Positions 17,144-26,714 of a stretch of 57,738 nt of DNA are shown in pieces. The DNA comes from a virus (taxonomy: Duplodnaviria; Caudoviricetes): the IMG/VR virus record IMGVR_UViG_3300008116_008172, positions 1-57,738 of that record. One strand, written 5' to 3'. The notes under the pieces are model-generated. The model was not told where the DNA came from and ran no database searches. It saw only the letters and a list, made by a program, of their open reading frames with translations. Made by a program: the position numbers and the translations under genes. How positions within the stretch are numbered: the first letter of the stretch is position 1; every line of letters starts with the position of its first letter.

Positions 17144-19639
17144 ATGCCAGAACCATATAAATTTCCTTGGGGTCTAAAACCATTGGATCCAATGGTAGAG
17201 AAAGAATTTCAAAGAAGAGTCAAGGATTACAATTTGAATCCAACATCTTCTCCATCAGATTCTGCTCCATATTCAGGACCAAGAACAGCATGGATACGTG
17301 TGTTCTCAAATGGAATATCAAAGGACGACGAGGAAAATGGCACACCGAACGGATTTGTTTTGGGAGGAACGGAAGGGTTTGACGAGAGTTATGGATTTGC
17401 TCCTTCTGCATATGATATGGAAGCAACAGATGGTAAGGTAACAATCGGCGTGGACTGTTGGGGAGATAAGCACGAAATATCAGCAACGCCTACCGACCCA
17501 TCGTTGGGAGTTGGTTCTGATACACCACACAGACCACCACCATCTGTCGTATCATTGGAAACAGAATTTTCTGGCGGAAACAACTCTGGTTTCAACGCCA
17601 CATGCAGAAAAACAAAAATTTCATGGAAGTGCTACTCGCTTTCACAACTTGAATATCTCACACCATATTTTCTTACACCAAGAATAACTATATTGGCAGA
17701 ATGGGGATGGAACAATTATGATCCTTCATCGCTTGTTGATCTTACATCCACAGAAACACTATACAAGATATTCAAGGGTGACAAAGAAGAAATAGATAAC
17801 AGAATAAGAAGATCGCATGGCAATTATGACTTGGCACTTGGATTCATAACTGATTATGGATATACCATGAATGACTTTGGTGGATTTGATGGATATACCA
17901 CAATAACTAATGCGAATTATTTGGTCGAAGGAAAATCTTATCAAAATCGCCAAGATTCAAAACAGGACAATACAAATCCATCTGCCTCATTAAAACTTAA
18001 AGACTTCAAGGAATTTGTGTTTGAGGACATGGACAATCTCACAATTAAGAACACAAACGCAAGAACAGTCCGAGTTGAGAATCCAAGATATTCTGGTCCA
18101 TATGGGGGAAACATCTACGGAGGAAACTATAGTCCAACATATACAGAAGAGCGAGATGCATCAACTGACATAAAAATAAACACAAAATACAAAGTATTTA
18201 AAAACGACGATGATCAATGGATGCGAATGGATTTGGTTGCGGAAATAATAAATCAATTTTTCTCAATCAAGTTTTTGGATTCAAACAACAAGGAAGTTGA
18301 TGTGGCGGCTGGAGTTCTTGATATAAGAGAAGTTCCAATATGCGCACACCCTGCCATAAAATCAACCAATAGAAACTTCATTATACCAAATAAATTTGCT
18401 CCAAGGTTTGTGTCAAAATCGGATAGTACAAAAGACGATTCGTTGGTTGATAAAGAAGCAAGAAGACTGAGCGACATAAAGCAGGTTGGGTCAATTTCAA
18501 CCACGCAAAATCCATCGCCAAATGGAGAGTATGCAAAACTATTCCCAGATATATTAAAAGTAATAGAGGAAAATAAATTGGATGACACGTTTGACAATTT
18601 GGTTTCCGCGCTCAACACGGGAGGAGCCAGAACAAAATATGGATCATTCCCACAGTTCAAGGACTATGAGGACAATGTAAATAACAAAGGATATCCAAAA
18701 GCTGGATATTGGGGATATTTGGAAGATGTGTTTGTTTCAGTAAAATACTTCAAAGGTTTGGTTGAAAAGCACGAAACAGTCCTTCGACTGATTGAAGAGT
18801 TGTTACAAGGTATATCCGAGTGCATGTGCAATATAGCACAGCTACAATTGAAGCCAGATACAGTGGGCAATGTGAGAAAGTTTGTCATTGATAACAATTT
18901 TACTCCAATTGGTGACGACAGAAGCGCGGAAAAACTTCCAAGATTTGTATTGAATGCAACAAACAATGCATTCATGAAGAGCAATTCCATCACCATAAAG
19001 ATCAGCACGGATATGATGAATCAGATGGTGATGCAAAGCGCAAATCAAAAACAAATACCATCAGAATATGGCACAGCCACATACGATCCAAAGAGCATGA
19101 AATATAGCGTGTTTCAACGCGGAGATAGAATGTTTAACTGTGGTGTATTTACTCCAAAACAAATACAAGATTCAAATTCTTCCACAGACAATGGTAAAGG
19201 AAAATTCACCAGAATGTTTACAGAACAAAACCCAGATTTATATGTGTATATTTACAACCCGACCAAGAAAGGACAAAACTTTTTGGAAAGAACAGTGGGA
19301 ACAGGAACAGATTCTGATGAAGCAAATCAGGTGTATATACTCACGGAAACAAATTCAAATTTCTTGAAAACTATTTTGCTTGATATGAAGAATGCAAGTA
19401 AAGCTGTTTATACCAACAATGGAATCATGCCGGGCACAGATTTCAAGATGGAATTTTTGGGATTGTCGGGTATAACATTTCTTTCGCAGTTCACATTAGA
19501 TCATGTGCCAAGAACATACAGCTACAAAAATGCCGTGTGGCAAATATCAGATGTAAGACATAGAGTGGAAAATAAGATATGGACAACCAGCATAACCGCT
19601 CAAGCCAGACCGTTCATAACAATAAATGAAAAGGTATGA
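17144..19639 (+). CDS. Putative baseplate hub/tail protein
   Basis: 831 aa in the tail module; RPPP..ISWKCYSLSQLE..FLTPRITILAEWGW; C-terminal GLSGI..WQISDVRH..WTTSITA. Confidence 0.6.
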   Translation: MPEPYKFPWGLKPLDPMVEKEFQRRVKDYNLNPTSSPSDSAPYSGPRTAWIRVFSNGISKDDEENGTPNGFVLGGTEGFDESYGFAPSAYDMEATDGKVTIGVDCWGDKHEISATPTDPSLGVGSDTPHRPPPSVVSLETEFSGGNNSGFNATCRKTKISWKCYSLSQLEYLTPYFLTPRITILAEWGWNNYDPSSLVDLTSTETLYKIFKGDKEEIDNRIRRSHGNYDLALGFITDYGYTMNDFGGFDGYTTITNANYLVEGKSYQNRQDSKQDNTNPSASLKLKDFKEFVFEDMDNLTIKNTNARTVRVENPRYSGPYGGNIYGGNYSPTYTEERDASTDIKINTKYKVFKNDDDQWMRMDLVAEIINQFFSIKFLDSNNKEVDVAAGVLDIREVPICAHPAIKSTNRNFIIPNKFAPRFVSKSDSTKDDSLVDKEARRLSDIKQVGSISTTQNPSPNGEYAKLFPDILKVIEENKLDDTFDNLVSALNTGGARTKYGSFPQFKDYEDNVNNKGYPKAGYWGYLEDVFVSVKYFKGLVEKHETVLRLIEELLQGISECMCNIAQLQLKPDTVGNVRKFVIDNNFTPIGDDRSAEKLPRFVLNATNNAFMKSNSITIKISTDMMNQMVMQSANQKQIPSEYGTATYDPKSMKYSVFQRGDRMFNCGVFTPKQIQDSNSSTDNGKGKFTRMFTEQNPDLYVYIYNPTKKGQNFLERTVGTGTDSDEANQVYILTETNSNFLKTILLDMKNASKAVYTNNGIMPGTDFKMEFLGLSGITFLSQFTLDHVPRTYSYKNAVWQISDVRHRVENKIWTTSITAQARPFITINEKV

Positions 19640-20019
19640 AATATAACGACAAAATAGTTGGAGAATATGGAACGTTTGTTGATTTGAATGGAGAATATCC
19701 ACTCCCATCAAAACCTTTGCCAAACAAAAATGATTATGACAAGGGTATATTTATGCGAGCATTTTCAAAAAGAATAAATGGCAACATCATAAATGAAGTG
19801 AGTATGGAACAGGCAAATCGTTTGAACTCTGAACTTTACAAAGTAGTGGTGGCAAAATGGACCATATCAGGACCAAGAGAAAATAGAATTATAAATGGAA
19901 TACTTGAATATGGTGTAAAACAATCAAACAAATACGAGATTGAGCGCATAATAAAAGAAGAAGAAATTGATCTTTCAAAAGTGCTTAATAATCATCTTGA
20001 ATATTGGCGAGGACATTGA
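19636..20019 (+). CDS. Hypothetical protein (tail-module associated)
   Basis: 127-aa ORF, ATGA-coupled to the upstream gene. Confidence 0.65.
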   Translation: MKYNDKIVGEYGTFVDLNGEYPLPSKPLPNKNDYDKGIFMRAFSKRINGNIINEVSMEQANRLNSELYKVVVAKWTISGPRENRIINGILEYGVKQSNKYEIERIIKEEEIDLSKVLNNHLEYWRGH

Positions 20020-20023
20020 GTTC

Positions 20024-20052
20024 TTGACTTTTTAGGAAGTGTTCATCAATAT
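20024..20052 (+). promoter_or_regulatory. Sigma70-like promoter upstream of the family-A polymerase
   Basis: TTGACT followed by CAATAT just before the GTG start. Confidence 0.45.
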
Positions 20053-21426
20053 GTGAACGTGCATATTGTAGAAACACAAGACGAGCTTATTTTGATGTGT
20101 AGTCACATTGGCAGCGATGCTTTTGTGATGGATGCTGTTTGTGTTGATCATGAAAAGCATGCCCAAAACAACAATATAAGTTTATTGATGTTTTACTTCA
20201 TGTCTTCCAAGAGTTTATGGTGTTTACCACTTCATCACAACGAGACACTTCCTATTGCCAATTCACTGAGCAAGGTCAAGGATCATCTCAAATTCTCTAT
20301 TCACAACAAGTTTGTTTTTGACAAGAAATCAGTCATACAACTATTTGATGATGACTATGATTTCATTGATATAAGCATTCTCAAGTATCTTGATGAGGGA
20401 ATTATTGACCAAAAGCAACACGAAACAAACGCGCATATTTTTATTCGATCAAACTTTAGAAATGTATCAAATATAAATGCTTGCACTCCAATCTACAAGC
20501 ATATCAGAGCATTCAGTGAAAAGATAAACAACCTTGGTAAGATAAACAATGAAATGATTCGCGACGATGGTTTCAAGTTTGTCAATAACACCATGACAAA
20601 GTGCTTTGCCAAATTGGAGAATGTTGGACTGTGCGTGAATGAAAACTTCACTGAAGAATTTGGAAATGATCAGACCAAACATATCAAAAACAATCTTGTG
20701 TTCTCTCAATATAATCTTCTCACCAGCACTGGCAGACCAAGTAATAGATTTGGTGGAGTAAATTATGCGGCGCTGAATAAGAATGATGGCAGCAGAGAAT
20801 GTTTTATCAGCAGACACAAAAGCAACGGCATGCTTGTGATGATGGATTATAATGCATTTCATCCAAGACTAATTGCTCATCTTGTTAATTTCAACATGAG
20901 TGCCGAGGAAAATCCATATGCATACTTGGCCAAATATTTCTTCAACAAGAAAGAAGCAAATGATGAAGATATTGCCGTTGCCAAAGGATTTACATTCACA
21001 CAGCTATACGGCGGCATAGACAAGAAATGGCTGCATATTCCATACTTCTCAAAGATCCAAGAATATATTGATCATCGTTGGAAATTCTTTGAGCAAAATG
21101 GATATATTGAGACGCCAAAATACAAGAGAAAAATCAAGGAATGTCATATTCCAGACGCCAATCCAAGCAAGCTGTTCAATTATATTCTACAGGCATTTGA
21201 AACAGAAACAGCCGTGGAAGTTCTTGGAGACATTCTGTCTGAACTAAATGGCAAGAAAACACAGCCAATATTGTACACATATGACAGCATCCTTTTTGAC
21301 GCTCACAAAGCAGACAAGATGGATACAATCAAAAAGCTGAAAAACATAATGGAACGAGGCAAGTTTCCTGTCAAAATATATGTAGGAAACAACTACAAGG
21401 ATATGAAGCAAATATCCATACCTTAA
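20053..21426 (+). CDS. Compact family-A DNA polymerase (no 5'-3' exonuclease domain)
   Basis: TSTGRPSN; motif A MDYNAFHPRL; motif B AKGFTFTQLYGG; NYILQAFETE; motif C YTYDSILFD. Confidence 0.85.
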   Translation: MNVHIVETQDELILMCSHIGSDAFVMDAVCVDHEKHAQNNNISLLMFYFMSSKSLWCLPLHHNETLPIANSLSKVKDHLKFSIHNKFVFDKKSVIQLFDDDYDFIDISILKYLDEGIIDQKQHETNAHIFIRSNFRNVSNINACTPIYKHIRAFSEKINNLGKINNEMIRDDGFKFVNNTMTKCFAKLENVGLCVNENFTEEFGNDQTKHIKNNLVFSQYNLLTSTGRPSNRFGGVNYAALNKNDGSRECFISRHKSNGMLVMMDYNAFHPRLIAHLVNFNMSAEENPYAYLAKYFFNKKEANDEDIAVAKGFTFTQLYGGIDKKWLHIPYFSKIQEYIDHRWKFFEQNGYIETPKYKRKIKECHIPDANPSKLFNYILQAFETETAVEVLGDILSELNGKKTQPILYTYDSILFDAHKADKMDTIKKLKNIMERGKFPVKIYVGNNYKDMKQISIP

Positions 21427-21486
21427 TATTTATAATAAGCATATATATCACTGTAGGTTTGTGATATATGATGATATTTATATATT

Positions 21487-23076
21487 ATGGATAAAAGCAA
21501 GATTATAGATGAAATATTAATGGAGTGGGCGATGCGTTCGCCAGATGGTCTTGTGGGTGGGCATGACACGCCAGAAAACATGGCGGTGCTGAATGAGATA
21601 TTGGCCGAAAAGGGTGCATTGAGTGCCGCCGAAAAAAATATAACAGGTATAAATCCTTTTCAAAGCAATTTAGAAAAAAGTACAATGTCGCTGTCTCAAC
21701 AAGAAAAAGATACACTAAATCCATTGGATATAAAGTATTTTGAAAAAGTTGGACCGAGATATATTGCAAGAAAAGATCATCCCATAAAAAATTATGCGGG
21801 ATCAGCAAGATACAGCGACTTGGCGCAAATGGAAAAAGTACTTAAAAAAGTATTTCCAAACACAAAAGTTGAGCCAGCAATTGAAAAATTTGAATTAAAA
21901 AACAAATATAGCAAACCCGAGTGGTCATTGGAGTATTTAGAGAATGTAAAAAGTTTCAATAGACCATCTGCGATAGGAATTTTAAGCGCGTTGGACCAAT
22001 TAAGTAAAGAAGATAAAGAAGAATTTTTAGATTTAAAATTTGATAGACTTGATGCAAATGAAGCAGTTACATTTTTAAATAGAAAAGGCCCAAGTTATAC
22101 GAAATTTTTAAAAGCACTGGATGCCTCTAGAAAAGCCAAAGCGAAAGACGGCGATCCAGATGAGGGAGAGGCAAGCGGTTCAAAGGCAGGACGAGGAGAA
22201 TTCATTATGACACTCTTGATAAAAGGAGCGGAGTCGGCGGGAATTGCCTCCGGTGATATTATTTTAAATGACGGTAGAAGTATAGAAGTCAAAGAAACCG
22301 ATGATGTGGGAGAATCATTTAGAGCAACCCGTGCATCGTTTGGTGGACAATTTAATAATATTCCTTATGTCGCTGCGGTGAGCGAACTCATTGCTTTTTG
22401 TTCTGGAAATAAAGAGAGAGCAGATGCACTGATTGAACTCACAGAAAAAGCCGGTATAGTTGATGGTACTGGATCTGGAACTGGTAAGAAAAGAAAAGAG
22501 CTTAGTTATTTAAAAATATTTTTCACAAACCCTAGTATAGAATCTATCAATACTTCTATTGTTTATGGTCTCGAAAAGCTTGGTGCGCATATTCGCAATA
22601 TTAACAAAGAAGAAGCAGAAAACCAAATAATGGCACCCGACAAAGTGGAGTTTGATGTAAAAAACCAAACCAACGTACTGAAGGTAACAGATGTTGATCC
22701 TAATTTAATAGATAAAGTACAAAACCCACCGGCAAAACCAGAAACAGTCACTATAAAAGTTTCTTCTATAGAAAAAGAAAAAAAGAGAGCAGAATTGATA
22801 ATACCGCAAATAAAAAAACTTAAATTTTTTAAATATGAAAAAACTTCTATGAAAGAAGTCTTTACTCCCGAAAATATTGCAAAAAGCATGTTTGAGGCAA
22901 TGAGTAAGCCACCGGGACACTATACGGGTGGTATTATATTTTACAATAGTAATAATGGAAAATTTACATACGAAGAAGACCTCACGAACTTTAAACACGG
23001 TCAATATTATTTTCAAAGCTATCAACAAACGGGTCCAAAGTTCACAAAGAAGGAACCGGATAAAATTAAATCATGA
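21487..23076 (+). CDS. Putative virion protein with a PD-(D/E)XK nuclease-like motif
   Basis: GRGEF..SGDIILNDGRSIEVKE; leader IIDEILMEW; TATTTAT at 21475. Confidence 0.5.
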   Translation: MDKSKIIDEILMEWAMRSPDGLVGGHDTPENMAVLNEILAEKGALSAAEKNITGINPFQSNLEKSTMSLSQQEKDTLNPLDIKYFEKVGPRYIARKDHPIKNYAGSARYSDLAQMEKVLKKVFPNTKVEPAIEKFELKNKYSKPEWSLEYLENVKSFNRPSAIGILSALDQLSKEDKEEFLDLKFDRLDANEAVTFLNRKGPSYTKFLKALDASRKAKAKDGDPDEGEASGSKAGRGEFIMTLLIKGAESAGIASGDIILNDGRSIEVKETDDVGESFRATRASFGGQFNNIPYVAAVSELIAFCSGNKERADALIELTEKAGIVDGTGSGTGKKRKELSYLKIFFTNPSIESINTSIVYGLEKLGAHIRNINKEEAENQIMAPDKVEFDVKNQTNVLKVTDVDPNLIDKVQNPPAKPETVTIKVSSIEKEKKRAELIIPQIKKLKFFKYEKTSMKEVFTPENIAKSMFEAMSKPPGHYTGGIIFYNSNNGKFTYEEDLTNFKHGQYYFQSYQQTGPKFTKKEPDKIKS

Positions 23077-23939
23077 AAAGAACATTATTTGAAACAATAA
23101 TAGAAGATTTAGAATGCACAAAAATTGAATCGGGAGTTTTTGATGCATACAATCCAGATCATCTCGCTATGCTTGTAGAAAGCATGGTTAATTTGGGAGT
23201 ATCCGAGGAGCAGGTGGAGGAGCAATTGCAATCTGCAATGGAAGAAGGAAAATACCCGGAGCGCCAAGCATACAATAAAGAAGGATGGCTTGTTACGTTT
23301 CCATCTAAAGAATATCGCGATGCTGCAATCAAGAAAAGAACACATTTTAGTTCAGACCCAACACATGGAAAAGGTGGAATGAATTTGTATTATAAGAAAA
23401 AAGGAAAGCAAAAGCGCCAAAAAGCACAAGTTACAACAACAACGCAATCACAGGGCGAAAAACCAACAGCAGCGGCTCCACAACAAAAGACTCAAGTACA
23501 GCCACAAGCAGTAAAACAAACAGAACCGACAAAAAGTACAGCAACACCACAACAAAAAGAACCAGAAGACACAGAAGATCTTGATTTTGATTCAAGAGAT
23601 GATGATTTGGAAAGATATATCGCCGCAAAGTCTGGTGGCAAATTCAAATCAAAGTATTCACAGCCTACACAAACAACACAACCTTCTACGGAACCATCAA
23701 AACCAGCCACAGCACCCGCAATCGACGTTCCTGTTGTAACTGCTCCACCGAAACAATATTCTGAAGTATCGAAGAAGTTTGCATCACAAAAGCGTTGGGT
23801 TCCTACTCCATATGATGAATATCATGATGCTGAAGGAAATGTTGTTGCTGTGGTTGGATTGAGTGGAGAAATTGTTCCTGTCAAAAACACTGACAGAGAA
23901 GAGTACAAAATTTTTGCTGAAAAGAATATGCCACTATGA
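23073..23939 (+). CDS. Hypothetical protein with Q/T/P-rich linkers
   Basis: 288-aa ORF coupled to the upstream gene. Confidence 0.65.
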   Translation: MKRTLFETIIEDLECTKIESGVFDAYNPDHLAMLVESMVNLGVSEEQVEEQLQSAMEEGKYPERQAYNKEGWLVTFPSKEYRDAAIKKRTHFSSDPTHGKGGMNLYYKKKGKQKRQKAQVTTTTQSQGEKPTAAAPQQKTQVQPQAVKQTEPTKSTATPQQKEPEDTEDLDFDSRDDDLERYIAAKSGGKFKSKYSQPTQTTQPSTEPSKPATAPAIDVPVVTAPPKQYSEVSKKFASQKRWVPTPYDEYHDAEGNVVAVVGLSGEIVPVKNTDREEYKIFAEKNMPL

Positions 23940-23942
23940 TTT

Positions 23943-24341
23943 ATGGTTGAGCATAATACACAGTTGTTATGTACTTTTTCAAAAAAGGACATGTATCAGG
24001 AAGAGATAGAATCCATCTCTGATTATTATCAGATTGTTGATGGAAAAGTGTATGTGCTTGAAAGCAAATCAAATTCATATGACATATTTCTTACCTATAA
24101 TGTGGTAAAGAATGGCGGACAATTTTATCCCAACACAATTTCAGTTCATCGTAAAAAAGAGTTTAACATCATATACAGCATAAATGCATTGAATGGACTG
24201 ATACTGCACGAGAATAATGGAGTACAATCATCAACTCATAAGATAGCTTGGGAAAATTACAGCAATTGTTTTATATCAGCAAGAGATGGTAAAGTGAAAA
24301 TCACGCCAACAAAATTGCTGAAAATATATCGTATAAATTAG
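23943..24341 (+). CDS. Conserved hypothetical phage protein
   Basis: QLLCTF..TYNV..NTISVHRKKEFNIIYSINALN; lies upstream of SSB. Confidence 0.7.
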   Translation: MVEHNTQLLCTFSKKDMYQEEIESISDYYQIVDGKVYVLESKSNSYDIFLTYNVVKNGGQFYPNTISVHRKKEFNIIYSINALNGLILHENNGVQSSTHKIAWENYSNCFISARDGKVKITPTKLLKIYRIN

Positions 24342-24350
24342 CATATATAC

Positions 24351-24469
24351 TTGACGGATTGTTTGTGGTCGTTATAGTTATATCCGAATTAACGAATGAC
24401 TAATTAACGATTGAAAAATGAACATCACGTTTATTATAGATTGACGATTAGCATTTTTTGGTTCATAGT
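24351..24469 (+). promoter_or_regulatory. Two tandem sigma70-like promoters for the SSB gene
   Basis: TTGACG-N16-TATAGT (24351-24378) and TTGACG-N17-CATAGT (24441-24469). Confidence 0.6.
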
Positions 24470-24539
24470 ATTCAACATTGACCGAGTTGAGTACTTTCAA
24501 ATTGGTCAAACAACATTAAACATTAACGAATAAAAAATT

Positions 24540-25358
24540 ATGCCATTAGATCTAAACAAAATTAAGAGTCGTCTTGATACACTCAAGAACAACACTACCA
24601 AGTCCACTGCTCTGTGGAAACCGCAAGGCAAACAAACGATCCGTATTGTTCCTTACGCTCACAATCCTGAAAATCCGTTCATTGAACTGCTTTTCCATTA
24701 TAACATGAACGGAAAGACATATTTGTCCCCGTCTTCATTTGGTCGTCCTGATCCTATTGTTGAGTTTGCCAACAAACTTAAGAAGAGTGGATCCAAGGAT
24801 GATTGGAAGCAAGGTCGTGCGCTAGAGCCCAAGCTTCGCACATATGTTCCTATTCTTGTTCGCGGACAAGAATCCGAGGGTGTGAAGTTCTGGGGCATGG
24901 GCAAGCAGGTCTATCAGGAACTGCTCGCAATCATCGCTGATCCCGATTACGGTGATATCACTGATCTAAAGACTGGACGCGACATCACTGTCGAGTTCAA
25001 GACTGCGGAGGAAACTGGAAAGAGCTTTCCTGAGACCACAATCCGCGTCAAGCCCAACACCAGCATTGCATTCGATCCGAGTGACAACGCGGTGAAGGAA
25101 AAGGTCAAGAATCAGAAGAACGTTACGGAACTGTTCCCTGAATTGACTTACGAGGAACTTGCTGCCGTGATGGATACTTGGCTGAATGCATCTGAAGCAA
25201 ATCCCGACGGTGAAGCTGCTCCAGAAACTACTGAGACAACTGAAACTGCCGAGGAAACAGCAAAGCCTGTTCAGAGCGCAACGGCAAAGGCGGCTATCAA
25301 GCCAGCCAACTCCAGCAAGGCAATTGCTGACGAATTCAACGACTTATTCAACTCGTAA
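24540..25358 (+). CDS. Single-stranded DNA-binding protein (gp32-like)
   Basis: LWKPQG..IRIVPY..PFIELLFHY..DPIVEF..GVKFWGMGK..YGDITD..GRDI; acidic tail ending DEFNDLFNS. Confidence 0.85.
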   Translation: MPLDLNKIKSRLDTLKNNTTKSTALWKPQGKQTIRIVPYAHNPENPFIELLFHYNMNGKTYLSPSSFGRPDPIVEFANKLKKSGSKDDWKQGRALEPKLRTYVPILVRGQESEGVKFWGMGKQVYQELLAIIADPDYGDITDLKTGRDITVEFKTAEETGKSFPETTIRVKPNTSIAFDPSDNAVKEKVKNQKNVTELFPELTYEELAAVMDTWLNASEANPDGEAAPETTETTETAEETAKPVQSATAKAAIKPANSSKAIADEFNDLFNS

Positions 25359-25388
25359 GAGTTGGATGTTGGTGAAATGATTAAGTGG

Positions 25389-25420
25389 GGTGTGCCGCGT
25401 GGGTGCGCGGCACACCTTTA
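25389..25420 (+). terminator. GC-rich hairpin (terminator/attenuator) between SSB and RecA
   Basis: GGTGTGCCGCG-TGGGTG-CGCGGCACACC, a perfect 11-bp stem followed by TTTA. Confidence 0.65.
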
Positions 25421-25438
25421 ATCTCAACTATAAACATT

Positions 25439-26668
25439 ATGGAAAAAGAAAAAAAGAAAAAGTCTGTTGAAGTAGAATTGACTTCTGGTAGAGATGAATT
25501 GGCGGAATCTATTGCTGAATCACTGAATAAAAACAGCGATGGCAAGGTTGCGTTTTTTCTTGATGCCGAAGATGATCCTTCACAAATCACTGATTGGGTT
25601 TCAACTGGCAATAGCTTGGTTGATCTTACAATCGCCAATCGTCCTAATGGAGGATTGCCTGTTGGTCGTATCACCGAACTAACTGGACTAGAAGCATCTG
25701 GTAAAAGCCTTATGGGCGCACATCTTCTTGCTGAAACACAACGTAAAGGAGGGTTGGCGGTATTTATTGACACTGAAACATCTGTGTCTACTGACTTCCT
25801 TACTGCGATTGGAGTTGATGTACCAAAGATGATGTATATCAATGTGGACACGGTCGAGGATGTCTTTGACAAAGTTGAAGAGATCATTGCTCTTGTTCGC
25901 AAAGCAAACAAGAATCGTCTTGTTACAATTCTTGTTGACTCTGTTGCTGCCGCTTCTACAAAGAAGGAATTGGCCAGCGATCATGGTGCCGATGGTTATG
26001 CCACAGGCAAAGCAATCGCCATCAGCAAGGCGATGAGAAAAGTCACAGGCTTGATTGCAAAACAGCGCATTTGCTTGTGCTTTACCAATCAGCTTCGTCA
26101 AAAGGTTGGATTCGTTGGCTTGGGTGACCCTTGGACCACCAGTGGCGGAAAGGCAATTGCATTTCACGCATCACTACGTCTACGTCTACAGCAAATGAAT
26201 CAAATCAAGAACGCGGACAAGCAGACGGTTGGTATTCGTACAAAGTGCAAGGTTGTTAAGAATCGTATGGGACCACCTATGCGCTCTGTTGAATTCGATA
26301 TCTACTTTGATCGTGGTATCGACAACTATAGCAATTGGTTGGAACATCTGATTGAGTGGGACATTGTAACCAACGCCAAGAAGGTCAAGAGTGACTCCAA
26401 GAAGACAAAGAAGCAGTTGGAAGATGAAAAAGAAGAGGATAAGAAGGCAAAGAGTCTTCAATTCATCATGCCTGTTGAGGGTAAAGAACCCGAAACAATC
26501 GTGTTTGAAAAGAGGGATCTGCCTAAGTTACTGAAGGATCGTCCTGAGTGCCGTGAATATCTTTATGGCAAACTGTGTGAAAACTTCGTAATGAAATACA
26601 AGGCTCCAGACTCCGAGATTGCGGACGACATTGAATATGACGACGCATCCGAAGGCTCTGACGAATAA
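25439..26668 (+). CDS. recA: RecA/UvsX recombinase
   Basis: STGNSLVD, GGLPVGRITELTGLEASGKS (Walker A), VDSVAA, TNQLRQKVG, TSGGKAIAFHASLRL, KNRMGPP. Confidence 0.92.
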   Translation: MEKEKKKKSVEVELTSGRDELAESIAESLNKNSDGKVAFFLDAEDDPSQITDWVSTGNSLVDLTIANRPNGGLPVGRITELTGLEASGKSLMGAHLLAETQRKGGLAVFIDTETSVSTDFLTAIGVDVPKMMYINVDTVEDVFDKVEEIIALVRKANKNRLVTILVDSVAAASTKKELASDHGADGYATGKAIAISKAMRKVTGLIAKQRICLCFTNQLRQKVGFVGLGDPWTTSGGKAIAFHASLRLRLQQMNQIKNADKQTVGIRTKCKVVKNRMGPPMRSVEFDIYFDRGIDNYSNWLEHLIEWDIVTNAKKVKSDSKKTKKQLEDEKEEDKKAKSLQFIMPVEGKEPETIVFEKRDLPKLLKDRPECREYLYGKLCENFVMKYKAPDSEIADDIEYDDASEGSDE

Positions 26669-26714
26669 AAAATGATCGTGTGGAGTGAAATACCTCCACA
26701 CGGTTATCATATAC

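Noticed and set aside
25359-25438. GC-rich intergenic stretch as a possible tRNA or ncRNA
   Set aside because: Only a single hairpin, with no cloverleaf or T-loop motif; treated as terminator-like
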